Assembly (NCBI RefSeq): GCF_006345805.1
Contig: NC_043001.1
Span: forward strand, 63,860,001-63,924,000
Source: Octopus sinensis
Taxonomy: Eukaryota
Length of the DNA: 64,000 nt
Direction: 5' to 3'
The notes under the pieces are model-generated. The model was not told the DNA's origin and searched no databases. It was given only the letters and a program-made list of their open reading frames with translations. This document shows positions 1 to 12,557 of this stretch, piece by piece (within the stretch, counting starts at the first letter, position 1; the number at the start of each line of letters is the position of its first letter). The position numbers and the translations under genes were made by a program.

Positions 1-674
1 AGTGTTTTTTTTTTTGTTTTTTTGTTATTTTGGGAGAGTCAGCCACCTTCACTATCATTACCAACAATAACAACAACAACAACCACTCTGAGATCGACAC
101 AGCCACTGGCAACTCGCACATTAACAGCAACAACCACCACATACATCAATCACCATCCCCACAATACCGTGCCGTTTGTTTTTAGAGCTATTGTAAGATT
201 GGATTTTTAAGATTCGAGTCAGTTGCTTTGTTTTATCTTGGAGAAACCCAATAGTTGTATATGATAAAACAAAATGGACTGCCATTGAACATTAGTTTAT
301 TCTGGCAGCAAAGACAAGATGATTCTATATACAGAGTAATATAAACATACACACACACATGCACAAAGGTGTGTGTGTGTGTATTTGTATGAACGTACAG
401 TTCTACATACATACATACATACATACATACATACATACATACATACATACATACACGTTTGTACTATTAGTGCACACGGTTATGTTAGTAAATGTCATAA
501 GTGACAATCAAGAAAAGCTAGGATTGTTCAGGCAAAGCCGGAGTCTGATACACACGCTTTACAAATACAATCTGTTAAAGGGACAGTGAAACTACGCAAA
601 TTCCAGCGACTGAACTTTACTTCTTTATTAGAAATCAATCTATTTGTTGTCGGTAGAATTGAAATAAGATATAC

Positions 675-787
675 AGACATATATACATACATGCATACGT
701 ACATGTGTATGTATGTACATATATCCATAAAAGCATACATATACACATATGCTTTCACATACATACATACATACATACATACATACA

Positions 788-821
<34 letters not shown>

Positions 822-875
822 CATATATATATACATATATATATACATATATATATACATATATATACATACATA

Positions 876-913
<38 letters not shown>

Positions 914-1009
914 CATATATATATACATATATATATACATATATATACATACATACATATACATACATACATATATATACATACATACATATATATACAT
1001 ACATACATA

Positions 1010-1041
<32 letters not shown>

Positions 1042-1072
1042 CATATATATACATACATACATATATATATAC

Positions 1073-1103
<31 letters not shown>

Positions 1104-1104
1104 C

Positions 1105-1174
<70 letters not shown>

Positions 1175-1360
1175 ACATATATACATATACATATATATAC
1201 ATATATATACATATATACACATATATACATATATACATATATACATATATACACATATATACATATATATACATATATACATATATATACATATATACAT
1301 ATATATACATATATACATATATACACATATACATATATTACATATATATACATATACATA

Positions 1361-1395
<35 letters not shown>

Positions 1396-1401
1396 TATAT
1401 T

Positions 1402-1455
<54 letters not shown>

Positions 1456-1466
1456 TATTACATATA

Positions 1467-1508
<42 letters not shown>

Positions 1509-1587
1509 CATATTATATATATATATTATATATATACAATTATTATATATATATACACCTATATATAATATATCATATACACATATA

Positions 1588-1645
<58 letters not shown>

Positions 1646-1692
1646 CTAACATATATTATATATATACATATAATATCATATACAATATATAG

Positions 1693-1733
<41 letters not shown>

Positions 1734-1758
1734 CATATTATTATATATACATATATAC

Positions 1759-1803
<45 letters not shown>

Positions 1804-1811
1804 ATATACAT

Positions 1812-1842
<31 letters not shown>

Positions 1843-1886
1843 TACAATATATATATATATATATACAATATATATATATTATATAT

Positions 1887-1928
<42 letters not shown>
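675..1928. repeat. Compound (TACA)n/(TATATACA)n/(TA)n microsatellite tract (one of dozens in the window)
   Basis: Direct reading. The long Y/I/H/T or M/Y/V/C ORFs here are translations of the repeat. Confidence 0.97.
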
Positions 1929-1931
<3 letters not shown>

Positions 1932-2795
1932 CTATGGAACAAGGAACGAAAAAGACGCATCGTTGTAGTGCTCTGCTGTCTAGTCAATGTGAATGTCAAG
2001 TCCAAAGTTATGGAAGCAGAAGATATTTACGTTAAGCGAAGGAGGAACTAACAGGTTTTGTAACCAGGTTATAAATATTCATTTGTTGCTATTATTGATC
2101 ATCCATTGGACCATGTTACGACAGATTTGCATAAACGCCTGGAAATACTGGGGTTCTCCAAGATAGAACAAAGAAACTGAATCGCACCCAAAAAAATCCA
2201 GCCAATTAGTTTTGCTGTGAAGACATCAGAAGGATTCCCGCGCATACGCACACTAATAACTATCCACGAAGCCCTGGAACAGTGACTGGCTCGATATCTC
2301 AAAGAAAATCCCATTCTTAGAAATTTGTCCTGCAAAAAGTTCTACTGAAGATGCTATTTCAGTTGGCAAAATCCATTGGGGAATGTATCGCAAAATATTC
2401 ACCGAAATATTCGCATCTTTGCAACCTCGTTTCTATTTTCATTGAAAACATCAAAGATCTGAGGTTTTTAGAAGATGGATGGCTAGTATTTTGTGACGGT
2501 TATTAACGGAATGTGTGCCCACTTACTGCTCATCCATGTTACTAACAAGTTTACACGGAATAGTAGGGTTGCGCTTTAAACAGATACAGTCTACAGCTAC
2601 GACAGTACAAACAGGACTGTATAATCATAGGAAAATTATAGAACATTATGTACACAGTATCATTTAAACAGGATCATACAGACAGTATATATATATATAT
2701 ATATATATAATAATAAATATTAGGGAATAAATCCAAATTTACAGGGAAAAAAATCAGATTTAGGATTAAATCCAATTTTATAGTAAAATATTATA

Positions 2796-2957
2796 AAATA
2801 TTATTAGAGACAAAACCACTATTTTGCAAAACAAACAAGGAAAGACTTAATCAATACATAAAATTTTAATAAATAGTCTATTTATTAAAATTTTATGTAT
2901 TGATTAAGTCTTTCCTTGTTTGTTTTGCAAAATAGTGGTTTTGTCTCTAATAATATT

Positions 2958-2958
<1 letters not shown>
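2796..2958. repeat. Perfect fold-back palindrome (81-bp arms, 1-nt loop at 2877) of a PLE terminal-repeat-like family
   Basis: aaatattattagagacaaaacc...aataaatag-t-ctatttatt...ggttttgtctctaataatattt. The same family (tagggaataaatccaaatttacaggg...) recurs at ~9200-9423 and ~58550-58620. Confidence 0.9.
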
Positions 2959-2989
<31 letters not shown>

Positions 2990-3014
2990 ATTATATATAT
3001 ATATATATATGTGT

Positions 3015-3082
<68 letters not shown>

Positions 3083-3087
3083 TGTGG

Positions 3088-3118
<31 letters not shown>

Positions 3119-3130
3119 ATATACATATAA

Positions 3131-3193
<63 letters not shown>

Positions 3194-3211
3194 TATATAT
3201 GTGTGTGTGTG

Positions 3212-3242
<31 letters not shown>

Positions 3243-4072
3243 AAGTAGTATGTATGTATGTATGTATGTATGTATGTATGTATGTATGTATGTATGTATT
3301 AGGGAGATAGTATATTTTATATACACAGTTTATATCCTGTACACAGTATATATTATATAGACAGTACCTACTTTATAGACAGTAAATAACATTGGATAGT
3401 ATATATCATATTAACTGTACATTTTATACAGATCAGTATCAGAGTTTACAGTGTGCGCGCGTGCGTGTATGTATATATGTGTGTGTGTGTGTGCGTGTGT
3501 GTATGTAAGTATGTATACACACACACACACAAACACACATACACACACACACACATGTAATATAGACACTATATAAACCAGTGTCAGGCAATATGCGGTA
3601 GTTTGTATCTGTCAGTAAAAATTAATTTTCCTGTCCCTAAACATTTAAACCTCACATCTCCATATATGTAAGTATTATTATTAGTGTTGTTATAAGTGCT
3701 GTTGAAGAGATTGTAGAGGCAAATAAAAGCATTATACTCACGGATATCAAAGCATCTTCTTAACGTTGAATATTTCGAAGGGTTTAAGTATATATTCACT
3801 TTGTGGTCTTGTCAGAAATGTAGTCATTGTTGCGATCGATGTTGTTGCTGATGTTGGTGCTATTGGTGTTGTTGTTGTTGTTGTTGCTGTTGTTGTTGCT
3901 CGTGTCTTAAATGTAATAGCGTAATCACAATGGCAATGTCTTAAGCGTGTCAACAAGATTGGGCAGTCATTAGACAAGAGAAGGAAAAGTTGGAAAGATT
4001 GGAGTGGTGTGGAGAAAGGAGAAATCAGAAAATTCATACAGAAGAAGAAGGAGAGAAATGAAGATAAACTTC

Positions 4073-4816
4073 TTAAACTGCCAGTTCGGCGTACGCAGTT
4101 TCCAAATCGTCACACAAAACTTGGTATTTGTCTTTTTCGGCCTGTACTTCCGCCTCCAACCTATCGATTTCTCCTTCCAGTCGGGTCACGTTCGCTTCGG
4201 CTGTGGACGCTCGCAACTCGGCTTCACTCAATTTCTCCTGGTTGGTCTCTTCTTTTACACTCTTCAATTCAAGCATCTCTTCGCTACGAGTCAAGTCCAT
4301 TTCTTGTATTTGGATACGACGATGGAGAGCCTGGATCTCAGCTTCAAGTTCGGACACTTTCTGCTCAGAGGAGTTCAAGCGGTCAGTGGTGTTTTCGTGT
4401 TTAGAAGTCACCTCATCGAGATCTTTCTCTACGTTAGTGTGTGCTTTCTGAAGCCATGTCAGTTCTTCTTCCGTTTTTTCTTTAGCAGCATAACAATCCT
4501 TTACCTTGTCCAATTCATTCTGAGCATTGTCCAAGTCCTGTTCTAAGATGGCATATTTCTTCTGCTGCCAGACCAACTCGTCATCCAGCTTGTTCTTCGC
4601 TTTCTCTATATCCTGTATTCTTTCCAACTCTCGAGTTATATTATCTAGTTCATTTTCTAAACTACTGTATTTTTTCTGCCAAGATGTCAAATCTTGTTCC
4701 AACAAGAATTTTGCTTGCTCCGCTTCTTTAAGCTTCTTTTCAAATTCGTCTGCTTTTTCCTTGGCCGTTTCCGCCTCAAGGCGAAGGGATTTCATTTTCT
4801 GCTTGCAAACATCCAT
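4073..4816 (-). CDS. Tropomyosin-like coiled-coil protein, 247 aa, single coding exon
   Basis: N-terminus MDVCKQKMKSL resembles the tropomyosin MDAIKKKM start. EAEIQALHRRIQ..E.DL.RSEE and the C-terminal EIDRLEAEVQAEKDKY...DLETAYAELAV resemble molluscan tropomyosin (alignment from memory). Continuous heptads, good start context (aaccATGG), TAA at 4073-4075. Confidence 0.88.
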   Translation of the reverse strand: MDVCKQKMKSLRLEAETAKEKADEFEKKLKEAEQAKFLLEQDLTSWQKKYSSLENELDNITRELERIQDIEKAKNKLDDELVWQQKKYAILEQDLDNAQNELDKVKDCYAAKEKTEEELTWLQKAHTNVEKDLDEVTSKHENTTDRLNSSEQKVSELEAEIQALHRRIQIQEMDLTRSEEMLELKSVKEETNQEKLSEAELRASTAEANVTRLEGEIDRLEAEVQAEKDKYQVLCDDLETAYAELAV

Positions 4817-4823
4817 GGTTGAT

Positions 4824-4850
4824 CTGAAACAGTTACGATTTGCAACAAAA
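4824..4850 (-). promoter_or_regulatory. Putative 3' splice acceptor of a 5'UTR intron, 7 nt upstream of the tropomyosin-like ATG
   Basis: Minus strand reads ttttgttgcaaatcgtaactgtttcAG|atcaaccATGG; AG at 4825-4824. Confidence 0.55.
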
Positions 4851-5698
4851 CCTTTTTATTCTGAACTAATCGATGGAATATATACAGAACTTCGAGATTC
4901 CTTCTACTTTGCTTGAGGAATATTTCGTTTGGGGGGTAGTTGCTTCAGTTGGTTTAGATGTTTTTCTTCCCCTAAATATTTTTGTTTCTCGACTCAAGCA
5001 CTTCCTGACTTCACTGCCCGCTGCTAGCTGTAGACAGGCACACACGCACACACAACTAACCCAAACGGAGATAAGGTGGAATGAGATACAGAAAGTCAAA
5101 GAAACTACCTTGTCTGGTTGGCTGGTTAGTTGGCAGGCAGGCGCGTTGGCAGGCAGGCAGGCAGTTTGGCTGGCTGGCTGGCTGATTGGTAGGTTGGTGT
5201 AGAGGGGGAACCGGCTCAGTATGCCTGAGATTGTCGATGATGCTGGGAGGAGGAACAGGTAGAGAGAGGAAGAGAAAACGAACTAACACACACGCGTGTT
5301 TATTAATGGGAAACAGTTGAAGGGAGATAACTTACTAGCCATATTATTACTAAGATAAAAACCAAATAGGAATCTATACGAAGTGAGCAGTAGAAAGAGA
5401 GGGAGAGAAAAACTAAATGAACTGAAAAAGGAGGAGAAACACTGACTGAAATGAAAGAGAGGAAGACAAAGACTAGAGAGAAAAAAGGACCGAAAGACTA
5501 AATGAGATGAGAGGGTAGGGTAGAAAGACTAAAAGAAAGAGAGAGAGTGGGGAAGAGCGACCAACCTGCTAGACTTTATTCCTCTTTCGACAATATTTTA
5601 ACTATTTTACGTTTATCTACTTTTAGTAGAGATATTACTTGATAATACTTTAACATTGTTGATATTAATTATTGCATAAATACTAATACTTATAATTA

Positions 5699-5729
<31 letters not shown>

Positions 5730-6061
5730 AAATCGACCTTGCGACTCGAGATCGCTTCTCACTTGCGGTCACTGAATACCACATATGACTTCTGGAAAAG
5801 CGTTAATTCCCTCCACACATCACCACCACCGCTACATCTAAGGACTCCTCTCTTGCTTAGACCACAAAATGATATTAGCCCAAAACATAATTAAAATGGT
5901 AAAATACATTAGAAAAGAGATGGGTACATCGATACACATGTAATACACTCGCACGCGCATACACACACAGATACATATACATATACATACATACATACAT
6001 ACATACATACATACAGAAGCATACACAAGCATGCATACACACGCACACATTCGTGCATGTG

Positions 6062-6095
<34 letters not shown>

Positions 6096-6250
6096 GTATA
6101 GTGATGCAAACAGGAAAAATAGAGCTCAAACTATCAGTGAGTATATGTATATTTTTATTAATATGTAGCAAAAGAGACTGACTCAAGGGCACTTGCCAAA
6201 CTATATTACATACATACTTTTGTATGTATGTATGTATGTATGTATGTATG

Positions 6251-6281
<31 letters not shown>

Positions 6282-6610
6282 TAACTAAGCGGACCAGGAG
6301 AATACAGGAGGACGGAAAGTGTCGCTAAAGAGGTCACAAATGCGTGATGAAACACTTCCGGACAATGAACATCAGTTAAAATAAGAACAGTAATAAACAA
6401 GTGAAGAACGAATATGTAGTGCGTGTGTTTATTTGGCAAGAATACACACACACACACACATATATATATACATACATGCACATATATACTTACAACACAC
6501 GCTCGCAAGCGCGCGCACACATGCATACACACACACACACCACACACACACTCATGGAAACGCTTCTGTGAACAGATATCTTCCCCTTTAAACGACAGTT
6601 GATAATTCAT

Positions 6611-6770
6611 CAGAAATTAATTCTCCAATAAGTCATGAAGTCTCTGATTAACACCGGTTTCTGCGGTGGTGATCAGACTGAGAGACACTATTCTCCCTGG
6701 ATACTACTCAACACCCTCCACCCAAACATTAAACTAGTGAAGGATGAAGCATTCTTTTACATGCACTGTT

Positions 6771-6805
<35 letters not shown>

Positions 6806-6840
6806 GCTTCTGCTACGTTCATTCTAGGTTAAAGATGAAC
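6611..6840 (+). repeat. Dispersed repeat, related inverted copy at ~10955-11185; possibly an old PLE RT remnant
   Basis: The two copies align in opposite orientation. Translation ILLNTLHPNIKL resembles ILNTLHPSINF in the PLE RT at 49.9 kb. Confidence 0.5.
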
Positions 6841-6898
6841 CAGTAAGTGTTACTCTCTCTGTCGCTCTCTTTATCTATCTGTATGTATATGTATAAAT

Positions 6899-6966
<68 letters not shown>

Positions 6967-7377
6967 GCGTGTGCGTGTGTGTGCGTGCTTGTGTGTGTGC
7001 GTGCTTGTGTGTGTGCGTGCTTGTGTGTGTGATATATCAATATATATTTATAAATATTTATGTATGTGTATATAATGATAGAAAAATAAGTCAGAAAATG
7101 GAGCGATCTTTATTTATTTATCTACTTATTAATTTAATCGTCCATAATATCAATTTTTAAACCCTGCCGAACCACTGGGTTACTGGGATTATAATCAAAC
7201 CAACACTGGTTGTGAAGAGGTGATGAGTAGACAAACACAAGCCCAGACTCACACAAACACACACACACACACACACACATATTCACACAGATACCTACAT
7301 CATATATATGATCTATCTATCTATTAATCTATATACATATATGTATATATACATATACTTATATTGTATATATATAG

Positions 7378-7428
<51 letters not shown>

Positions 7429-7439
7429 ATTATATATAC

Positions 7440-7524
<85 letters not shown>

Positions 7525-7590
7525 CATACATATCTTATCTCTCTGTATGTATAAGTACGTATAAATGTGTGTATGTATGTGCGCGCGTGT

Positions 7591-7631
<41 letters not shown>

Positions 7632-7672
7632 GATAAAATCAAAGTGAGTTATTACAGTAGCGGTAACACATC

Positions 7673-7986
7673 GTGACGTATATTTGCCATTTCAATATGG
7701 CTACCCCTAAGGGTGGACGCTGGAAAAAGTATAAGTATTTGTGAAGGAAATCTAATTCTCGCCGACAACTATGATTGTCACACGCTGACGAGAGGTCAAT
7801 ACCTCGAAACTCGAGTCCGTGTGTATCATAAGTTGAAGACGGGAAGGATGACTTCCCTTTGCAAATACTGACAGGGCACAGAAAGTGTGTCTATGGCCAG
7901 CTGGAGGAGTGTGTCCTCCTGGGGCTAAAAACTACAGTAGCATCCACCCTTAGGGGTAGCCATATTGAAATGGCAAATATACGTCA

Positions 7987-7987
<1 letters not shown>
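7673..7987. mobile_element. 315-bp non-autonomous element with 45-bp terminal inverted repeats and an internal hammerhead ribozyme
   Basis: gtgacgtatatttgccatttcaatatggctacccctaagggtgga at 7673-7717 and its reverse complement at 7943-7987. Confidence 0.8.
7779..7823 (+). ncRNA. Canonical type I hammerhead ribozyme
   Basis: CACACG-CUGACGA-GAGG(ucaaua)CCUC-GAAA-CUCGAG-UC^CGUGUG: 6-bp stem I, 4-bp stem II, palindromic stem III (ACUCGAGU), GUC cleavage triplet after 7817. Confidence 0.9.
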
Positions 7988-8046
<59 letters not shown>

Positions 8047-8049
<3 letters not shown>

Positions 8050-8620
8050 GACTGGCTTCTTTCAGTTTCCGTCTACAAATCTACCCAGGAGGCTTTGGTC
8101 GGTCGGGGCTTTTACAAAACACTTGCCCAAGGTGTCAGGTAGATAAGAATCAAATTTCTTATTATATGTCCACACTTGCGCCTCTCTCTCTTTCTCTTCT
8201 CTCTCTCTCTCTCTCTCTACATATAAAGAGAGAGAGGGAGAGAGAGAGAGAGGCGTGGTTGTGTAGTAAAAACTTTGCTTCCCAACCACATGGTTCTGTG
8301 TTCACTCCCACTGCGTGACACCTTCAGCAAACGTATATATACATACATGCATACATACATACATTCATACATATACATTCATACATACATAAATACACAT
8401 ACATACGCACATACATACACACACAACATACACACACACACACGCACAGAAGCGCGTGCAGTCACACACACGCATGCACGCACACACACACACACATATA
8501 GGTTGTGTGGTAAGAATTTTACCTCCCATCACATTGTTCCTGGTTCAGTCCCTCTGCGTGGCACCTTCTACTATGGCCCGGGGAAAACCAGATTTGGTAG
8601 ATGGAAACTGAAAGAGACCT
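8047..8620. mobile_element. Cluster of SINE fragments separated by microsatellites
   Basis: tggcttctttcagtttccgtct..., aggcgtggttgtgtagtaaaaactttgcttcccaaccacatggttc...; related copy at ~16697-16860. Confidence 0.55.
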
Positions 8621-8629
8621 ATTGTGTGT

Positions 8630-8686
<57 letters not shown>

Positions 8687-8713
8687 AAAATAAGCACACA
8701 AGAATGATTCCGG

Positions 8714-8807
8714 TAATTTAGTACAATTGTTTCATACTACAACATTTTATTAAAAGCTGTAAATATTACAGCAGAATTAAGATGCTGAGTACTCTTCAGC
8801 TAATTTA
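8714..8807 (-). ncRNA. Type I hammerhead ribozyme with long stem II
   Basis: UAAAUUAG-CUGAAGA-GUACU.CAGCAU...AUGUUG.U.AGUAU-GAAAC-AAUU-GUA^CUAAAUUA; palindromic CAAUUG in stem III. Confidence 0.8.
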
Positions 8808-8857
8808 TATAGGTTTTCCAATAATATAAAAGCTTTTATACTATTGGAAAACCTATA

Positions 8858-8951
8858 TAAATTAGCTGAAGAGGACTCAGCATCTTAAATCTGCTGTAAT
8901 ATTTACAGCTTTTAATAAAATGTTGTAGTATGAAACAATTGTACTAAATTA
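8858..8951 (+). ncRNA. Type I hammerhead ribozyme (mirror copy, one mismatch in stem II)
   Basis: CTGAAGA at 8866-8872, GAAAC-AATT-GTA at 8932-8943. Confidence 0.75.
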
Positions 8952-9135
8952 CCGGAATCATTCTTGTTGCTTATTTTTTATTATAATCACCCCGCAAATT
9001 TTTATGGGTAACACCATACAAAATTCTGGTGCATCTAAATTAAGTACCATATTCATTTGAATCTAAATTGTTGCTGATCTTATATATATACATATATACA
9101 TATATATATATATAATATATATATATATATATTAT

Positions 9136-9199
<64 letters not shown>

Positions 9200-9206
<7 letters not shown>

Positions 9207-9423
9207 AATATTAGGGAATAAATCCAAATTTACAGGGAAAAACAGATTTAGGATTGAATCCAATTTTATAGTAAAATATAATATAATATTAATTAGAGAC
9301 AAAACCACTATCATGCAAATCAACAAAGAAAGACTTAATCCAATACATAAAAAAATTTATATAAATTAAATATAATTAAGATATCCACTACGATCGTTTC
9401 TTGTCACTTCTATTGACATTCAT
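9200..9423 (-). mobile_element. PLE terminal-repeat fragment ending in a truncated hammerhead
   Basis: Minus strand ...UGA-A-UGUCA(auagaag)UGACA-A-GAAAC-GAUC-GUA^gugg. The CUGA start of the core is replaced by (TA)n. Confidence 0.55.
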
Positions 9424-9427
9424 ATAT

Positions 9428-9465
<38 letters not shown>

Positions 9466-9799
9466 ATAATATATATATATATACATATACATATATATAC
9501 ATATATACTTTTATATGTGTGTGTTCCCGACTGGCTTTGGAGTCCCTAATTCACGGAATTCTTTCTATCATCGGATTACATTACCTTGTTCATTCGGAGT
9601 ACGCCATATCTATATTTATATATATATATACATGGATGTGTGTATATGTGTGTATGTGTGCGTGCGCGCGTGTGTGTAATGTCACCGCTCGAGAACCCGT
9701 GTTGGTATGTTTACGTTCCCTAACTTACTGGTTCGGCATAGTACTTGGATCGATTTAATAAGCCTTATTTTTTTCTTGTTTTATATATTTTTTTCTTGT

Positions 9800-9832
<33 letters not shown>

Positions 9833-9867
9833 AATATATATATATATATATAGATATATATATATAT

Positions 9868-9904
<37 letters not shown>

Positions 9905-10024
9905 TACATACACGCACATACATACATAAAGTTAATCCAAACAAGAAAACAAAAAAACAACAACGCAAGGATGTGGAACAAATAAAGTATTATTGGACGC
10001 TCATGAAAGAAGGGAAGAAGGAGG

Positions 10025-10059
10025 GCTTGACGTTTCGAGCGGAGCTCTTCGTCGGAAAC
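10025..10059 (-). ncRNA. Minimal type I hammerhead (CCGACGAA core) in a PLE 3' terminal fragment (~9930-10400)
   Basis: GUUU-CCGACGA-A-GAGC(ucc)GCUC-GAAAC-GUC^AAGC; stem III is only the ACGU palindrome. Confidence 0.7.
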
Positions 10060-10617
10060 ATAGGAGAAAGAAACATCCCGAGACGGGAGGACAGAGGAAA
10101 AAAAATAACAGGTAGTCTACACGAGGTCACATACTAAAAAGACGGAAGTGGTCAAAAGGAAGGAAAAGTGTTTTTTAAAAACAAAAGAGCTGAATCAGAG
10201 AATGAATGGTAAAAAAAGGTGTGCGAGATGACAAGGGTGTGTGTGTGTGAGTGTGTGCGTGTGTGTGTATGTGTGTGTATGGTGGACGATGGCTAGTGGC
10301 AAGCAGTAGTGGAATGGTGGACGATGGCTGGTAGCAGGCAGTAGGGAATTAAGGAGTGGGTGGGGGTACCCTAGCAAGTCAGAAAGGCAGGTCAGAAACA
10401 GGGAGGTATGTGTGTGTGCGTGTATATGTATCGTGTGTGTGTTTTGTTGTAGTATGTGTGTGTGTACGTGTGCGTTTTTTTTGTGTGTATGGCGAGTAAC
10501 TGTGCTTAGTGTATGTGTGCGTGTGTGCTTGTACGTGCGTGGGAGTGAATGTATGTATGTGCGTGTGTGTACAAATGTGTGTTTATATGTTTGTATATAT
10601 ATACACACCATACACAC

Positions 10618-10668
<51 letters not shown>

Positions 10669-11339
10669 ATATATATACATACATACATACATACGCCCGT
10701 ATGTGTGTATATATATGCATGCAAGGACACACTTCGCAACTGAAAGATAGATGGAAAAGACTATCACGGTGCGGGCGCATGCGAAACAACAGGCACACAC
10801 GCACACGCCCAGACACATACACGCACACATACACATACATACATACATACATACATATACATACATACATACATACATACATACATACATACATACATAC
10901 ATACATACGTAGAGAGATGGACAGAAAGGGAGGGAAAGAGAGTGAGAGAGATAGGTTCATCTTTAACCTAGTATGGACATAGAAGAAGCAAAAAAAAATC
11001 ACGGAGTCCATGTAAAAGAATGCTTCATCCTTCACCAGTTTAATGTTTGTGTGGAGGGTGTTGAGTCGTATCCAAGGAGAATAATGTCTCTCAGTCTGAC
11101 TTCATCACCGCGTAATCCGGTGTTAAGAAGGGACTTCATAACTTGCTGGAGAATTAATTTCTTACTAATTATTAACAAAGTCGTTTAAAGGGAAAGATAT
11201 CTATTCACAAAAGCACTTCCATGTGTGTACGCGCGCGCGTGAGAGAGACGGGTGGGCGGGAGAGGGGGAGAGAGAGTAATACCACTGAGTAAGCCTATAT
11301 TGACATTTGTACATAAACACACACACGCACACTATGGCG

Positions 11340-11730
11340 CAGGATCAGCAGTTTCTGAGAAGAGGAATGAAATAAGTATTTGACTGGTGCTTATTTTATC
11401 GATCCTGAAAGAATAAAAGGCAAAATCGACCTCAACGGGATTTGAACGTAAAGAGCCGGAAGAATTACCGCTAAGTACTATTTCCAAAGTGCAAATGATT
11501 TTGACAGCTTGTCGTCATGATAATGCTAGTTTCTAATTTTGTTTTCAGAGGAGGAGATTAGTTGATTACTTTGACCCTAGTACTTGACTAGTACTTAATT
11601 TTATCGACCCCGGAAGGACCAAAAGCTAAGTTGACCTCGGTAGGATTTGAACTCAAAACATAAAGAGCTGGAACAAATATCGCGAAGCATTTTATTCGAC
11701 ACACTAACGATTCTGCCAAGCCACCGTCAA
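11340..11730. mobile_element. SINE-like dispersed repeat fragments
   Basis: Two partially duplicated blocks (ttttatcgatcctgaaagaataaaaggcaaaatcgacctc / ttttatcgaccccggaaggaccaaaagctaagttgacctc). Confidence 0.4.
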
Positions 11731-12454
11731 AGCAATTTTATGTGATAGATGCATTCAATTAAATCGATGATTGAAAGGTACCATATTCTGCAATCATCGA
11801 CCCACGAAAGGTTGAAGTGTAACAATGACACTTGGTGGAAAGTGAACTCAGAAGAGAAAGAGACGAAACTAAATACAGCAGTTACACCCCATCTCAAAAA
11901 TTCTACCGACACTGTCACTCATTGCCTCCCTCAGAACTGTTAATAACGTTTTGTTTTATTTTATTTTAGACATACTTTCTTTTAGTTTCTGGTGATTTCC
12001 TGGTAAAATAAACGAAAATTTGATATTCTCCTTCACTTTCCAAATTCTCTCATCAAATTTAACCTTGTTAAACTTGACTAACTTTGTTGTAATAATGCCC
12101 ACCTGTTGGCACCTTCGTTCGCCAAAAATGATGATCATATATGTGTTAGATGCGAACAGCTGCTGTCCTAACTCGTTCATTAGTTGCTGCATACGAGTAG
12201 GAATTCTCTTCTCACAATTGCACCATCTACAGCTATAGCAAACTGCAGCCTACTCTCACATGACAGGCTTACTTATTGTTAAGAAACAGTCATCACAGAT
12301 ATATTTCACCGGGCCTCACCACCGCCGCCGCCGCCGCCGCCGCCGCAACAACCACCAACTATTGCCTCGTCAAAAGAAAAGCATTTCGTGTAATATGTAT
12401 GTCTGAATATGTTTGTATCTATGTATATATATGTGTATATATATATATATATAG

Positions 12455-12557
<103 letters not shown>

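Larger units (their letters stand above)
8686..8979. repeat. Fold-back (~145-bp arms, a few mismatches) of a PLE terminal repeat, followed by its unique tail to ~9080
   Basis: Centre aaaagctttt at 8832/8833. Sequence related to the terminal repeats at 42612-42864 and 46696-47030. Confidence 0.88.

Noticed and set aside
528-1692. Long ORFs (up to 368 aa) of Y/I/H/T or M/Y/V/C, and dozens of similar ones across the window
   Set aside because: Translations of (TA)n/(TACA)n/(CA)n microsatellites.
1930-2620. Unique, coding-looking stretch between microsatellites
   Set aside because: All frames I translated are interrupted by stops and show no recognisable motif.
4004-4916. Plus-strand ORFs overlapping the tropomyosin-like gene
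   Set aside because: Antisense shadows of the real CDS.
9540-9580. CCGAUGA on the minus strand
   Set aside because: No convincing stem II or GAAA; at most a decayed hammerhead.
11956-12260. Possible minus-strand exon ending at a GTATGT donor-like site
   Set aside because: No recognisable protein similarity and no clear acceptor; cannot be supported without RNA data.
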